The notes beneath the pieces were generated by a model. That model did no database searches, had not been told where the DNA came from, and was given only the letters and a program-made list of their open reading frames with translations. A stretch of 64,000 nt of DNA from Neoechinorhynchus agilis (Eukaryota > Animalia > Acanthocephala): assembly GCA_051530055.1 (NCBI GenBank), contig CM121341.1:10394784-10458783 (forward strand), read 5' to 3'. Position numbers and translations under genes: made by a program. Positions 17,201 through 29,433 of the stretch are shown one piece after another. The first letter of the stretch is position 1. Each line of letters begins with the position of its first letter.

Positions 17201-17256
17201 ACATTGCGATGCTCGCCGGCTTCATCATCCAACTTCTTATTATAAAGTTTGCCTAG
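14203..17256 (+). CDS. SLC39A: SLC39/ZIP (LIV-1, ZIP8/14-like) metal transporter, multi-exon
   Basis: Exons give ..[19 protein letters not shown]|[36 protein letters not shown]|[45 protein letters not shown]. The canonical HEXPHE is here EEIPCE. Confidence 0.9.
14452..14721 (-). CDS. DYNLL: Dynein light chain LC8, intronless, nested antisense in ZIP intron 1
   Basis: 89 aa [73 protein letters not shown] follows the stop. Confidence 0.97.
   Translation of the reverse strand: MSEAKAVIKSADMADDMQRDAIEVSQNAMGKYNIEKDIAAFIKKEFDRKFGPTWHCVVGRNFGSYVTHETKHFIYFYLGQVAILLFKSG
15021..15225. mobile_element. MITE/foldback element with ~68-bp inverted arms in ZIP intron 1
   Basis: aaaaaaagggaatcaataataataaattaatctct..gaaataacttcttta ... 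taaagaagttatttc..agagattaatttattattattgattccctttttt. Confidence 0.75.
15898..15968 (+). pseudogene. tRNA-like element with shortened anticodon arm, intronic in ZIP
   Basis: Acceptor AACGGTG/CACCGTT, D arm GCTC..GAGC, T arm GCAGG-TTCGAAA-CCTGT. Anticodon arm is only 14 nt (CCAGTTTATTCTGG). Confidence 0.6.
16244..16703 (+). other. Candidate non-canonical intron (GT...CA) with 18-bp terminal stem in ZIP
   Basis: Removal restores HNF|IDG. CAGTGAACCGCTTTTTTC (16252-16269) pairs with GAAAAAAGTGGTTTACTG (16684-16701). Confidence 0.7.
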
Positions 17257-17879
17257 TGGTTTAAAAAAAGAAGTATGTGTGTGTTTAAGTGCAATCGGCC
17301 GGAGAGATGGATTTTGGTTACAATTGAAAACGTTAATGTATACTGAAAAATTCAGCAAAATGAATTGGTTATTTTAGAACGTTTTCAATCCATATTACTA
17401 AAAACTAGAAAATCGTGAACGTTTTGATGTCTCAAATTTTAAGATTCGTAATGAAAACATTATATTTGATCTTCGTAAACATTATGAAAATGCATTTTGG
17501 GTGCAGAAGAGAATCAGATTGCTCGTAGCTTTCATTCTGCTTCAAATCGAAAACAAAGCCTTAATCTCGCTTAGGCCAATTAGTTCTCTGAATGAGGTTT
17601 TTATTGATATTAGTACGCTATCGTTATTTTTTTTCCAAAAAACAAACTATGCGGCATATGTGATCGCGTTTCTTATTATGATTATTAAACTTATGGATTG
17701 CTAAGTTTAATCGCTTAAATCAATCCTAGAAAAAATACATTTTCAGTTAATTTAGTAGAGTTTATGCGAAATAGAATTTTGTTTCACACTGCAGGGAAAT
17801 TAAAATATAGTAATAGGCTCGGTTTTTTCGATTCGATTGTTCTGTTGCTTGTACGGTTACGGACATTTAAAATTTGTTA

Positions 17880-19130
17880 GCTTCTATTATTTATCCTTGA
17901 GTTTTAGATAAAACCGGTTTTAGTCTTTGGAGTACTTCGCGAACGACTCCGATGAATCGAACGTGGACGCTTCAAAGTCCACAGACCATGCTGAGGATGA
18001 CTCCCTTCTCGGTCGCTCCTCCCATTTTCGTTATGGACAAAAAAAATGAAGACAGTCCTTGAACAAATTCCCCGAAATTTCGAGATTGCCCAACGACGAC
18101 TGTTAAGTGCTTAGCCTTAAATTTGTTACTTTATTCCAATAATACAACTGTAACTTTCTTCATGGAATTATTTTTATACAACAACATTTCTTTGAACTTT
18201 TCTCTCACTTGAGAGGTCGTTCTTTTCAGCATTGTCGGTTTTCGTCTTTGTTCTCCTTTCCCAGCGTCCTGAAATCACCGCTCACACTGTCCTCCCACCT
18301 CTTCTTAATGAACTCAGATAAAAATTATTTTTATAGATCAACACTAATCGTATGCTCAGTAAACGATGTTTCGCTTACTAGGAGACAAACCTTTTGACAC
18401 CTATCTGTCCTTTGTGTATAATCAAAGATTTGCCGTAAGCTCATAAAGAAGTCGTTGTAGGTGTTCTTAGGATACGTTTCGGGTGACAAGTCGTGGTGCG
18501 AATATCATCGGCATAATCATATTCCATTTTTATCTTATCAGAAAATCCGTTACTTTTCAACAACTCCTTCTTTGTACTATTTCGGATGAACGAAAACAAG
18601 TTTTTCGGTTCATTGGTTTAATAGCTTTTACGTCATGGAAGCTATTAATATTGTGGATTTTGAAAGTTGTAGCAATTTTTCCAATCGCGAATTTCGTCAT
18701 ACTCATTACTGACATCCACGTATTAATATCCGTCTTTTTTGTTCCTCCTTCGCTTTCATGGGAGAAAATGGTTCGAGGTGTGCAGCTTCGTACTGAAATC
18801 TAATAAATACACCGTCTGATTTTCTGATCATGTTCACGATTAGATTTTGGGCACGTAGCAATCGCCGATCCAGCAAATCTTTGTCGTCTACAACTTTCTC
18901 ATCTCTCGCTCTATTCTCTATGTTGTCTTTAGTTTATTCGGGAAATGCTAATCGACGTGGTATGTTTTAAACTCGACCATTCGAACATTAACTCGTTATG
19001 CTCATTTAATAGGTATCAATTGATCTTTTTTAAATTGGACCATGGCCGCCTTTCAATACACTTAACCAACATTACACCTCGACTTTGCGTTCTTATTTTT
19101 GAAACATGAAACCCTCCGTTTTCCTTTAAC
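17880..19130 (-). CDS. Possible multi-exon gene divergent from MDH2, unidentified, with an SR-like C-terminal segment
   Basis: Open charged segments KDNIENRARDEKVVDDKDLLDRRLLRAQ..FQYEAAHLEPFSPMKAKEEQKRR and ..RPRSIHRSRSRSTPK. Exon structure not resolved. Confidence 0.3.
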
Positions 19131-19217
19131 ATGACTGAGTCTTCTCGACGCCCGACTCTTATTTTTTACGTCTAAACATTCCCCTTTCTTGACTACAACT
19201 CCTATCAGCAGCTTCAG

Positions 19218-21663
19218 ATGCTTTCGCGACCATTGAACGGATTACTGCGATCGGCGATCAATAGCCACTTCCTAAGGTCATGTCAGTTTCACACTCTCAA
19301 AGCCAATCAATTGTCCCCTAAGAAGGTATCCAATAATGCTCTTAATGAAGAGAAATTCCACTTGTGTTTAGGGTAAAGTAGCAGTTTGTGGCTCGTCTGG
19401 AGGAATCGGTCAACCGCTCGCTCTGCTTTTGAAGGGAAACGAGTACGTATCTGAGCTACGATTGTATGATATCCAAGGGGCTCCCGGTGTTACGGCTGAT
19501 TTGTCTCATATCGAGACAGGGACCCAAGTATCTGGTTTCAGTGGAAAACAACATATCGAAGAAAGCTTAAAGGGCGCAGACGTCGTGCTGATTCCAGCCG
19601 GAGTGCCGAGAAAACCTGGTAAGTTATCTAAAATATGATGATGTATTTTAAATCCTAAAATACATTTGAAAAGGAATGACTCGGGACGACCTTTTCAATA
19701 CAAATGCGTCCATTTGTGCTGATATTGTGGACAAATGCGCTCAGGTCTGCCCCGATGCTTGCATTTGCGTCATTACCAATCCGGTATTTTTGTGCTTATT
19801 GAAGAATTTGATTTATTACATCTTCGAAGGTCAACTCCACTATTCCAATCGCAGCTGAAGTTCTCAAGCATCGCCGCGTGCATCATTGGTTCATAAACGT
19901 TGAAAGGTGACATTCTAAATCAAAGAGAATTTATTAGATTTTAATCTAAAGTTACACGTTTGCAAGGCATAATCAAGATATTTTTTGCTTAGACCGTTGC
20001 ACTAAATTCCTTTTTGAAGAGCTTTATGCAGCGGGTAGTTTTATTGCCGAATTTCGAGAGTAATCTGTATGGTCTAATTTTCGCAACTTTAAATTTTTTT
20101 CTAAGCGTATTTAAGGCTATTATCCCCTACACGACTGACTTTTGGGCACACCGCCCACCAATTTTGGTCAGAAAGCGTGCATACGGTTGTTAGTTTGTAC
20201 TTCAATCAAGATCCTCAGATACCTCCCAAGGAGGCCGGACGCGTCCGTTTGAAGGAGGAAACTCACCGATGAATCACGCCAATCCGGAGTGATGAGTACA
20301 AATTCACAACCGTGTGGTTCAGGATATTAAGTGATTTTATGTGCTTCCCTGACCCAAGATTGGTGGGCTGTGTGCCCAAGAGAAATCAGCAGCGTTGGAA
20401 ATGAGCACCTAAAATACACCTAAAATGTAAGCGGCTAGCTACACATTCAATAAATAATTCAAAATTAGTTTTCTTAGAATGATTGGGATTTCAGAGTATA
20501 TCTTTCTATTCAATGTAGAATATTCGGTTCATTGGGGTTATCGTTCACTTCTGATATGAGCTTTTAAAGTCAATTTTGTGAATCAGTGATTTATTTAACA
20601 AAGACAAACTTTTTGGGGTAACGACGTTGGATGTCGTCCGAACAAATACATTTGTATCCCAATTAAAAGTACGTTCTCGTTTTTGAGACGACCTGAAAAA
20701 ATGTTTGATAGAATATAGACATCACCAAACTGAAGGCACGTGTAGTTGCTGGCCATTCACCTGAGACAATCGTGCCTTTACTTTCTCAAATCGAACCCCA
20801 CGTAACATTCACCGAGGTAAAAAATTAAAAAAAATTCTTAATATTCGCGTTTATATTCACATAAAGGATGAAGTGAAAGATTTAACTGAACGAATTAAAA
20901 ACGCCGGAACTGAAGTGGTCAACGCCAAAGCCGGAGCTGGTTCGGCGACTTTATCGATGGCTTACGCTGCAGCACGGTTCGCAAATGCACTGTTAGCTGC
21001 ATTATCAGGACAACCGAATGTGGTGGAATGTACAATGACCGCTTCGGAGAGACCGGATGTTGCTTTCTTTTCTGAACCGCATTTACTTGGGGTAAGTAAT
21101 TTTGGTCGTAAGCTGACAAAAAGCTGTTCGTCGATCTCATGTTTTAGGTTCTCTAGGCTTAAAAAGTACAAATTTAATTTTAATTAAGACTAAATTAAAA
21201 AGATTTTTAACGAACCAAGAAAGGAAAATTAGCTAGTTTTGCGAATATTTTGCAATGAGATTGGAATTATCGAAACTTACAAACTGATGATGAATCCGAC
21301 GAAGTTCGCACAACGTCTTTAATAAATAATCATTTACTGGGTGAAGACTTCTAAACAATAATTCCAATCACATTCCCCTCTACCTTACATATCGACATTT
21401 TTACAAATGAAGTTATTTATGTATATTTCCTGCGGGGGCGATATGAAACACCTTTTAAACCTAATTAAAAACTAGCTTTCAAGTCGTATTTTGATTTCCG
21501 GATTTTAATTGCGTTTCTTTAGAAACATGGAGTTGAAAAGCGTCTGGGAATCGGAAAACTTAGTCCATTTGAGGAATCACTGCTTGAAATCGCAATAGAA
21601 ACATTAAAGAAGAACATTAGTAAAGGAGTTACATTTGGTAAAGAATATGCGAGGAAGCTATGA
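19218..21663 (+). CDS. MDH2: Mitochondrial malate dehydrogenase, multi-exon
   Basis: Presequence, then [79 protein letters not shown]. Stop at 21663. Confidence 0.96.
19878..20590 (+). other. Candidate non-canonical intron (GT...AT) with 16-bp terminal stem in MDH2
   Basis: Removal gives VLKHRR|LFNKDKLFG, matching MDH2 spacing. ATCATTGGTTCATAAA (19882-19897) pairs with TTTGTGAATCAGTGAT (20575-20590). Confidence 0.65.
20135..20389. mobile_element. Rod-like nested inverted-repeat element inside the MDH2 intervening sequence
   Basis: Outer ~37-bp arms (ctgacttttgggcacaccgcccaccaatttt/gattggtgggctgtgtgcccaagagaaatcag) and inner ~25-bp arms (tacggttgttagtttgtact/gagtacaaattcacaaccgtg). Confidence 0.7.
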
Positions 21664-21805
21664 CCTTCGAGTTATTATTCGTTGGCGTTTTAAATTGAAA
21701 TAAATGCATTTCCTCAAGAATGATTAAAAGTTGCAGTTTGTGCGAAAGGTCTATTTCTTTAAGTCTAACTTTGAGAAACGTATTCTTCAAAACATAAAAG
21801 ATATT

Positions 21806-22114
21806 TCAGTGATGCCTTACATGAACTTCTACTCCTGCTTTAAAATCCATTTTAGCCTTGATGCCCACACTTCGGGTTGGTGTTGAGGATATTGAAGATC
21901 TCTTGTTTGCCATTTTCGATGACTTTCCTCCAAATCCGTGTCGGTTCGATTTCGCACCGCCATTCGATGAAGACGATTTGGTGGCATGATGCGATCTACC
22001 TGATCCTCTAGATGCGGATGATCGTCCACGTCCTGAGGATTTGCCCACTCCGCGACAGTTAAAGGCAACTATCAGTAGACAAAGGAAGATGAACAATAGA
22101 GAACGTGAATGCAT
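21806..22114 (-). CDS. Small secreted Gly/Ser/Arg/Lys-rich protein (102 aa), copy 1
   Basis: Intact ORF with hydrophobic N-terminal signal (MHSRSLLFIFLCLLIVAFNCRG) and a basic low-complexity body. Confidence 0.6.
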   Translation of the reverse strand: MHSRSLLFIFLCLLIVAFNCRGVGKSSGRGRSSASRGSGRSHHATKSSSSNGGAKSNRHGFGGKSSKMANKRSSISSTPTRSVGIKAKMDFKAGVEVHVRHH

Positions 22115-22405
22115 TTTAAAAAATACTCAGAGGAAGCATAATGCTTAGTTAGTTGTGAATGCCACCGTAAGTGCAACAGTTTGGAATGAGTTATTGTACA
22201 TGGAAACCCAAGGGGAAAATTTGAATATCAATGAAGCAATTTCGCGGTTTACCGAACATTTAAATCGATGAGTTCTCACGACATTGATTATGGAATCAAT
22301 CGCAAACGCCCGATAATTCTGACTAAATAAACTTAAGGGTTTTAGAGTCACCAATGTGGTCAAAATCAAAGATAAGATGTTGTCAATATGAAAAGTTCAG
22401 CTCCC

Positions 22406-22485
22406 GGTAGCGTGGCCGAGCGGTCTAAGGCGCCAGTTTAAGGCACTGGTCCGAAAGGGCGTGGGTTCGAATCCCACCGCTGCCA
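22406..22485 (+). tRNA. trnL-AAG: tRNA-Leu(AAG)
   Basis: GGTAGCG/CGCTGCC acceptor, CCAGT-TTAAGGC-ACTGG anticodon arm, long variable arm, GTGGG-TTCGAAT-CCCAC T arm. Confidence 0.92.
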
Positions 22486-22699
22486 GCTTCCAGCGGCGCA
22501 CGTATAGCTAACGATTATTCCTGCGCGCACGCAAGGTTCCGAAATGGCACTTAAATTGAATGCGTCACTTTGCTCCTTCAAAGACAGCAGGTTTATTTCT
22601 TAATAATGCACAAAGAAACCTTCGAGTCGCCCGCAAACAATAATAACAACAAATTCAAAGTTGACTGGTCAGGACTCAGATGTTCACGGTTCCGCTTTT

Positions 22700-24130
22700 T
22701 TGTTCATTAATAAAACGCAAGTCCCATTTCAGATTTGATTGCAATTGGAGAGCATAAAAAAGTTTCTTTACTACTTCTGCCGGGCATAAATCCCCTCTGC
22801 TTCTCTGATATGGACATTTCGCTCCGCAGACGTTGATCGATTATCCTATTGTATTGCTTCATCGTGTGGATCAACATTTTTTCCTCGATAGCTATATCGG
22901 AACCAATGTTCACTGCCTCTATTCGTCGGACATCTTTTCAGTAGTAAGTATTCGTTGGAAGATATTTGTTAATAGTGGAACAGCATCAGCTTCAAGCACT
23001 TTCCAGATCTATATTGGTTTTCATCTTGGAAAGTGCGGTTTTATCTTCGACCTCTGATATTGCGTTGATTAATCCTTCGTCAGGTTCGTGCACTCTTTCT
23101 GCTCCATTCGTACTGTTCAGCAGTTGATTGAAGTATTCTCTCCACTTTTCTTTAACTTCTTTTTCTTCGTTCAAAATGTTCCCATCCTTGTTCTTAATTT
23201 TCTTTACCGTCGTAATGTCCTTAGGTCCCTGATCTCTGATCTTCATCACTATAAACACATATGACATTGTTTTGTCTTTTTGCAGCTTTAAATATAGAAG
23301 TTCGAATTTGCCTCTTGCTTCCCTATCGCCACCGCTTTCTTTGCTATATTTCTCGATTTCTCATATATTGCATCCATTTTCTTTTTCGCACTCTTTTTGT
23401 CCGCTATCGCCCTTTGCATCTCGTCGCTCCACCGCCATGTTTCTTGTTTCGGTAATTTTCTACCTGTGGTTTTATCCAAGGATTTCTTTGCCGATTTAAT
23501 CCAGCATCTATTCGTATCCTCAATGTCGTGATTTAGAATGCTGATGACATGCTTCTTGAATTCTTCACAATTATGGAGTTTGATCAAGTCGCCACAATTT
23601 GGTTTTATTAGGCATCCTTTATTTGGGCCGTTTGATGTTCTTGATCTAGAGGTCTATGCACAGTAAACGGTGTTCCAAAGCGTAAGTCTCTCCAGGTATA
23701 GTTTTTGCGTGTTTCATTCCTCTCCATTTTTCTTGTGGATAGAGGATATAATCGATTTGCGTTTTTCCTCCTGCCGCCGGTGCTGTAAGTCACAAATTGG
23801 CGTTCTTCTTTCTTAAAGTAAGTGTTCGTGATCCGAAGTTTATTTGGTAACGCAAAATCCAAAATGCTTTCTCTAAATTTCGGGTTCCAAAGCCTCTTCC
23901 ACCGTGTGCTTGACACAAGCTCGAGTTTTCCGCGCCAACAAGACCGTTGAGATCTCCACATATTATATATCTTTCTTCCTTGATTTCATGGACCACATCA
24001 TATAGATCTTCCCAGAACTGGTCTTTCTCCTGCTGCGTGAGTTCGGCTTGTGGGGCATAGCAAGAAACGATCACCAGGCATTGCAATCTAAGATCTATCC
24101 GCGTCCACATTATCCTATAATATAATACCA
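22700..24130 (-). mobile_element. Degenerate RTE-clade LINE (APE plus RT start)
   Basis: SCYAPQAE..EKDQFWEDL..IICGDLNGLVG..GFGTRN..ITNTYFKK and RIIDQRLR..ISEKQRGFMPGRS. Many frameshifts. Confidence 0.85.
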
Positions 24131-24169
24131 CGTTTATTGTTCAACAAACACGTTTTATTGAATAAGAAA

Positions 24170-27100
24170 AACGATCCATACACTTGCCAGCATCTATCTT
24201 TGCTGAAGTTGTCTGGATGTCGGATGTTAAGGCAGGGAGGTGGGATTTGTCTTTGAAGGAGTTTTACAGGAGAATGACAGATTAGGAGTCTTTCCTTGTT
24301 CTCCGGTTATTAAGGAAAGATCGGGCTTGAGGGAAGAAAGATTTTTGGTAGAGGGTGGTACGAGCGAGGGGGGATGAAAAAGGTTGGGTTCCGGGTGTTT
24401 ACTAGGGAAGAGTATTTAGAGATGAGGGAAGAAAATTGTGGAGGGGGTTTAAGAAGACGGAGGGCGTTTTTGGAGAAAATAGAGGTGGGCGTCGAGGGGA
24501 GGGAGTGAAGTCCCGCATATTCTCGCTGCTATCTTGTGGAAGGTTTCGAGGGAATGGAGAGCATTGACGGAGAGGGAAGTTTGGAAGGCGTATGTGAGGA
24601 TATGGAGGATGGCAGAGAGATAAAAGTGGGCAAGGCGTTTAGGGGAAACGCCGAGACGCCGGAGGAGTTTGAGGAGGTAAAGACGAGGGTTTGTTTTAGA
24701 GAGTGTAAATGAAATGTGGGCATCCCATTTGTAGAGAAAGAATAGGATGACCCATGTACCTTTGGGTCCTCATAAGCATTCAAGTTCATAATGGTTCAAA
24801 AAAAGAAAAGCGTATCCGTTAATATGGGAATATCCAGTCGGGGGATGTCCGTTCGAGAGGTAATATCAGGTTGGAGGGATGCCTATTCGGGTGGGAACTA
24901 TCCATTCGGGGACGGTTCGTTCGGGTGAGGATGTGTCCGTTCGTTTGAGAATATCCGGTTGGATTGGAAGGTCCGTTCTGGTAGGAATTGGTGTTTATTG
25001 CTTGCATGAGCGCTTGTAAGGTAGGTCTTTCCTCTGGTTCATTTCAGGTTATGATATCCGAGAAGATTGGGCAGCATGAAAAAAGGAGCTTAGGTGTAGG
25101 GAGGCGCGAGGTATAGGAAGGTGAAGCGAATTAGAATTACGAGTGTTGTGCTCGTGTGAAAAGGGGGCGATATATGGAAAAAATTATGGTGGTAGGGTGG
25201 AGAGGCGTTTTGATTGTTTTATCAAAATAACATCAAGGCATTCAGTGAGAGGGGGAAAGTCAGCTGTGCAATTTTTAGATGCTCTTTTATGAAGAATTTC
25301 GAGACGGCGGATTAGCGATTTGGAAAGGGTGCAAAATAAGGGATAACCGTAGGTGAGGGATGGTAAAATAAAGCAGAAGTAAAAGTTGTAGAGATCGGGT
25401 TAAGGGATTCCTAAATGTTGGAGGTGTTTGAAGAGATAAATTTTAAAGGTGTTATGCTTGAGGGAGAGAGTGATGTACGAGTCTCATTTCAAATTTGATT
25501 GAAATTGGCGACCCAGAATTCTTAGGGAAGTTACTCGTAGGATGTCATTTAGAAACTCAGGAGATGATGTGGGGTTGCGGCAGAGAGAGGGGATCATTTC
25601 GAAGCATTTAGAGAAATTGAGATGGAGTTTGTGATTGTGCAGAAATCTCTTATGTGTGTGATTTCTTTAGGGGTTAAAGAAAGGGAGAGGCGAAGTGGTG
25701 AATGGGTGATGAGGGTGATATCGTCGGCATATAAGAAGAGCTTAGAGTGGGAGGAGAGAGGTTTGAGGTTGTTTAGAAAAATATTAAAGAAAAGTGGTGA
25801 CAGAACAGCACCTTGAGGTACGCCTTTGGTGAGGGATAGGCTGATAGAGGAGGTGAAACGGCATTGAATGTATTGTTTGCGATTGTGAAGATAAGATTTG
25901 AGCCAGCGGATCTGCAACAAGTTGAGATCAAAATCGGAGCTGGCTCGGAGAAAGAGTGGTAACGAAGAGCCCAGTTTGGGATTTCGCATTGTGAGGATGA
26001 ATTTTGAGGTAATTTGTCTTCGTGTGACGAAACTTATTGGAGTATCGGCGAGTTGACAAAAGCTTTAGATGTCGGCCTTAAAGATTATGCGGAGACTGAA
26101 ATCTAGAACCTGTTTTAGTTCAGAAGAGGACACATTGGGGATGATATCCGGATGATGTAGACCAAGAGTGTTGAATCGCCACCCGAACGAATTTTAGAGG
26201 AAAAGTTTCTGCGGGCGATAACTATTTTGTTAGTAAGTGCTTTTTGTAAACGGGGAGAGTCTGGGGAGTTATTGCGATGGGCCCTAGAAGCTTGCCTTTG
26301 TAGAAGTTTCAGAATGGGGTTATCTATGGAGGGTCGCGGTTGGAGATCCTAACGAATTTTTTGGGAATTGCCGAAGCTAGGGAATTTTTTATGATTGAGG
26401 TTAGGGGGGACATGGCCAAGGAAGGGTCATTTACGTTTACAGAGTGGAATATGCCGATGTTAGTGTTGAACAATGTTATAAAATTGTGGATGTGGCGATG
26501 ACGTTTATTCCAGACGGGTAAACGGGGAGATTTCATTCGCAGAGGTGGGGTGGAGGGAGAAGGGTAGAAGAGGAAATAGATTATTGAAATCCGCTGCAAT
26601 TAAGAAATGGGACGAATTTGTGGAGTTTATGAGCTCCATCATAGAGTCAATTTGGAGCAAGGAGGACTCAGGTCGAGAGGCCGGAGGGTGATAGACGCCA
26701 GCAAAGGTGAATTCTCTAAGGCCGTTTCTCAGAGGAGCTATGAAATGGACTGCGATGAATTCTAAATGGGGGTTTTTGAAGAGAACCTGTGAGAGATAAA
26801 GAGTAAGGTAGTTCTATTGCCGTACGTAAATTGAGACCCCCTCTCGGGCGGTCATCGCGGTATGTATGGAAGGAAGAGTACCCGGGAAGGATGGCTGAAT
26901 TGCTGTTGAAGGGGTAAACCACGTTTCTGTTAAGCTGACTACGTCGGCTTTTGAGGTAGATGAAATTAGTGAAATTTCATCTAGTATAGAAAGGAGGCTA
27001 CGAGTGTTGGAGTAGAAAACGGTGGGAAGGGAATTTTGGATTTCGGGTAATAGGGACGGAAATGAGAGTGATTGGGGTTGCAAACAAAAGTTGTGCGATT

Positions 27101-27240
27101 TATATCCTTGAGGGAGGAGTGCATGACACGACGGGTCGAATTCAGAGCGGCGAGGGATGATGGCCGGGGGCGGAGAAGGCGCATCATTACAGAAATGAAT
27201 CGGGGATTTGATTGATTTTGGTGGCGTTGGTGTCTACCTT
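24170..27240 (-). mobile_element. Degenerate APE LINE (CR1/L2-like) followed by a second RT C-terminal piece
   Basis: APE: YSNTRSL..DVVSLTETWF. RT: WLKSYLHNRKQ..GVPQGAVLSPLFFNIF..LYADD. Second tail at 24780-24400: KWDAHIS..PRLYLLKLLRRLGVS. Confidence 0.8.
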
Positions 27241-28478
27241 ATATACTTATAGTTATTTGTTCCCTCTTTTGCTTTTTTTCCTCCTACTCGTTAAGATGTT
27301 TCGTCGACCTTTTGTTCAACTGTAGATTTCTTTGTAGTTATTGAAGGTGAATCGCTTTCGTTTTTTCTATCGCTAGCTTTTATCAAAGTCTTTATATCAT
27401 AATCTTCCACAGCAATTTTAGAATCATTAAGTAATACAGGCTGCATATTTTCTAAGGGTGCTACCAAATCACTAATAATTGTCGAAGTATTCGCATACTT
27501 TTGAACACCACTCGCTTCCAACAAGTCTTCGTTTGAGTTTGACACAAATGGTGGTCTACCAAAACTGTATTCTCATTTGTGGCCTCTTCACTAGCCGATT
27601 TCTGTAAAAGTTGAGCTTGTTTCCATGAAGTCCTCTTTGGAAGCTTTGTCTTCCCCTTTGAAGCATTAGGTTTATTACCTTCGTACTTTTTGACTTTGAA
27701 CAACTATTAACTTCTGAGAGCTTCCATTTCGCACCGAATGGCCCCGCTAATATATCCTTAACTGTGCCCATCACTTCAATTAATGAGTCTTTTAGAGTAT
27801 CAGCAACTAGTACAAAGCACTTCGTTTAGTGCAACATCAACAAGAGTGGAATACTTAGTGGCGTCCCGTCCACTGTTCATTGATTTGATTGTAAGTTTTT
27901 ACTGCTTGATTTGTCTTGTCGTTTTGAGTCTTGGTCTTTGCGTTGCTCGAGTGTAGAGTAGACGCGATGTGGCGACGGAGTAGGACATTGCTATGAACAT
28001 CAACTCGGAAAAGAAATTGACAATAGATATTGGGTTAAATTTAAGAAGCCTGATTCAAGAAAAATGGCAATTAATGATTGCTAACAGTTCTAGTCGAACA
28101 ATACCATCTGTGTTTGCGAGAACGATTTTGCATTTAGGTGTGCCTGGGTCATCTTACCGTCTTTAGACCGAAGTATTTGATCGAATGATTTCACCAAGAA
28201 ATGGGCCGTATTTACCGGATAAAACGGCACTTGAACCTCTCTTAGTCCCGTCTGTTTACAATGATGCGAAGGGCTGGATAGCAAAAACATCGCTGCAACT
28301 TGTATGCCAGCTCAATTTGACCACTGGACGATAGCGCCGTCTTCGGTAGATTTCACCACTGCCCAGATTAAAAATCACCGGAAGCTTAAATTACGAAATT
28401 CGATGTATTAACCAGTGTCAAAAAAATCGTCCTGTTGAAATCAAGAGATCAATTTTGGCGGCGTTCAAGTTCGTGGCG

Positions 28479-28551
28479 CACCTCCGGCGGGGATCGAACC
28501 CGCAACCTCTGGATTAGAAATCCAGCGCTCTATCCATTGAGCCACGAAGGC
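28479..28551 (-). tRNA. trnR-TCT: tRNA-Arg(TCT), intronless
   Basis: GCCTTCG..GCTCAATGGATAGAGC..CTGGA-TTTCTAA-TCCAG..GCGGG-TTCGATC-CCCGC CGGAGGTG. Confidence 0.9.
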
Positions 28552-28556
28552 TGAAG

Positions 28557-29291
28557 TGCCAAAGCTGGTTGGGCGACTTTATCGATGGCTTACGCTGCAG
28601 CACGGTTCGCAAATGCACTGTTAGCTGCATTATCAGGACAACCGAATGTGGTGGAATGTACAATGACCGCTTCGGAGAGACCGGATGTTGCTTTCTTTTC
28701 TGAACCGCATTTACTTGGGGTAAGTAATTTTGGTCGTAAGCTGACAAAAAGCTGTTCGTCGATCTCATGTTTTAGGTTCTCTAGGCTTAAAAAGTACAAA
28801 TTTAATTTTAATTAAGACTAAATTAAAAAGATTTTTCACGAACCAAGAAAGGAAAATTAGCTAGTTTTGCGAATATTTTGCAATGAGATTGGAATTATCG
28901 AAACTTACAAACTGATGATGAATCCGACGAAGTTCGCACAACGTCTTTAATAAATAATCATTTACTGGGTGAAGACTTCTAAACAATAATTCCAATCACA
29001 TTCCCCTCTACCTTACATATCGACATTTTTACAAATGAAGTTATTTATGTATATTTCCTGCGGGGGCGATATGAAACACCTTTTAAACCTAATTAAAAAC
29101 TAGCTTTCAAGTTGTATTTTGATTTCCGCATTTTAATTGCGTTTCTTTAGAAACATGGAGTTGAAAAGCGTCTGGGAATCGGAAAACTTAGTCCATTTGA
29201 GGAATCACTGCTTGAAATCGCAATAGAAACATTAAAGAAGAACATTAGTAAAGGAGTTACATTTGGTAAAGAATATGCGAGGAAGCTATGA
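28557..29291 (+). pseudogene. MDH2: 5'-truncated MDH2 copy (last two exons)
   Basis: Starts mid-exon at the [11 protein letters not shown] region. No upstream exons are present. Confidence 0.9.
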
Positions 29292-29433
29292 CCTTCGAGT
29301 TATTATTCGTTGGCGTTTTAAATTGAAATAAATGCATTTCCTCAAGAATGATTAAAAGTTGCAGTTTGTGCGAAAGGTCTATTTCTTTAAGTCTAACTTT
29401 GAGAAACGTATTCTTCAAAACATAAAAGATATT

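Noticed and set aside
21283-21310. ctgatgatgaatccgacgaag in the foldback family as a ribozyme
   Set aside because: No stem II and no GAAA, and the motif is not conserved among copies.
27240-28420. Frameshifted minus-strand ORFs upstream of the LINE
   Set aside because: Could be a decayed ORF1 or a gene remnant, but no motif supports a call.
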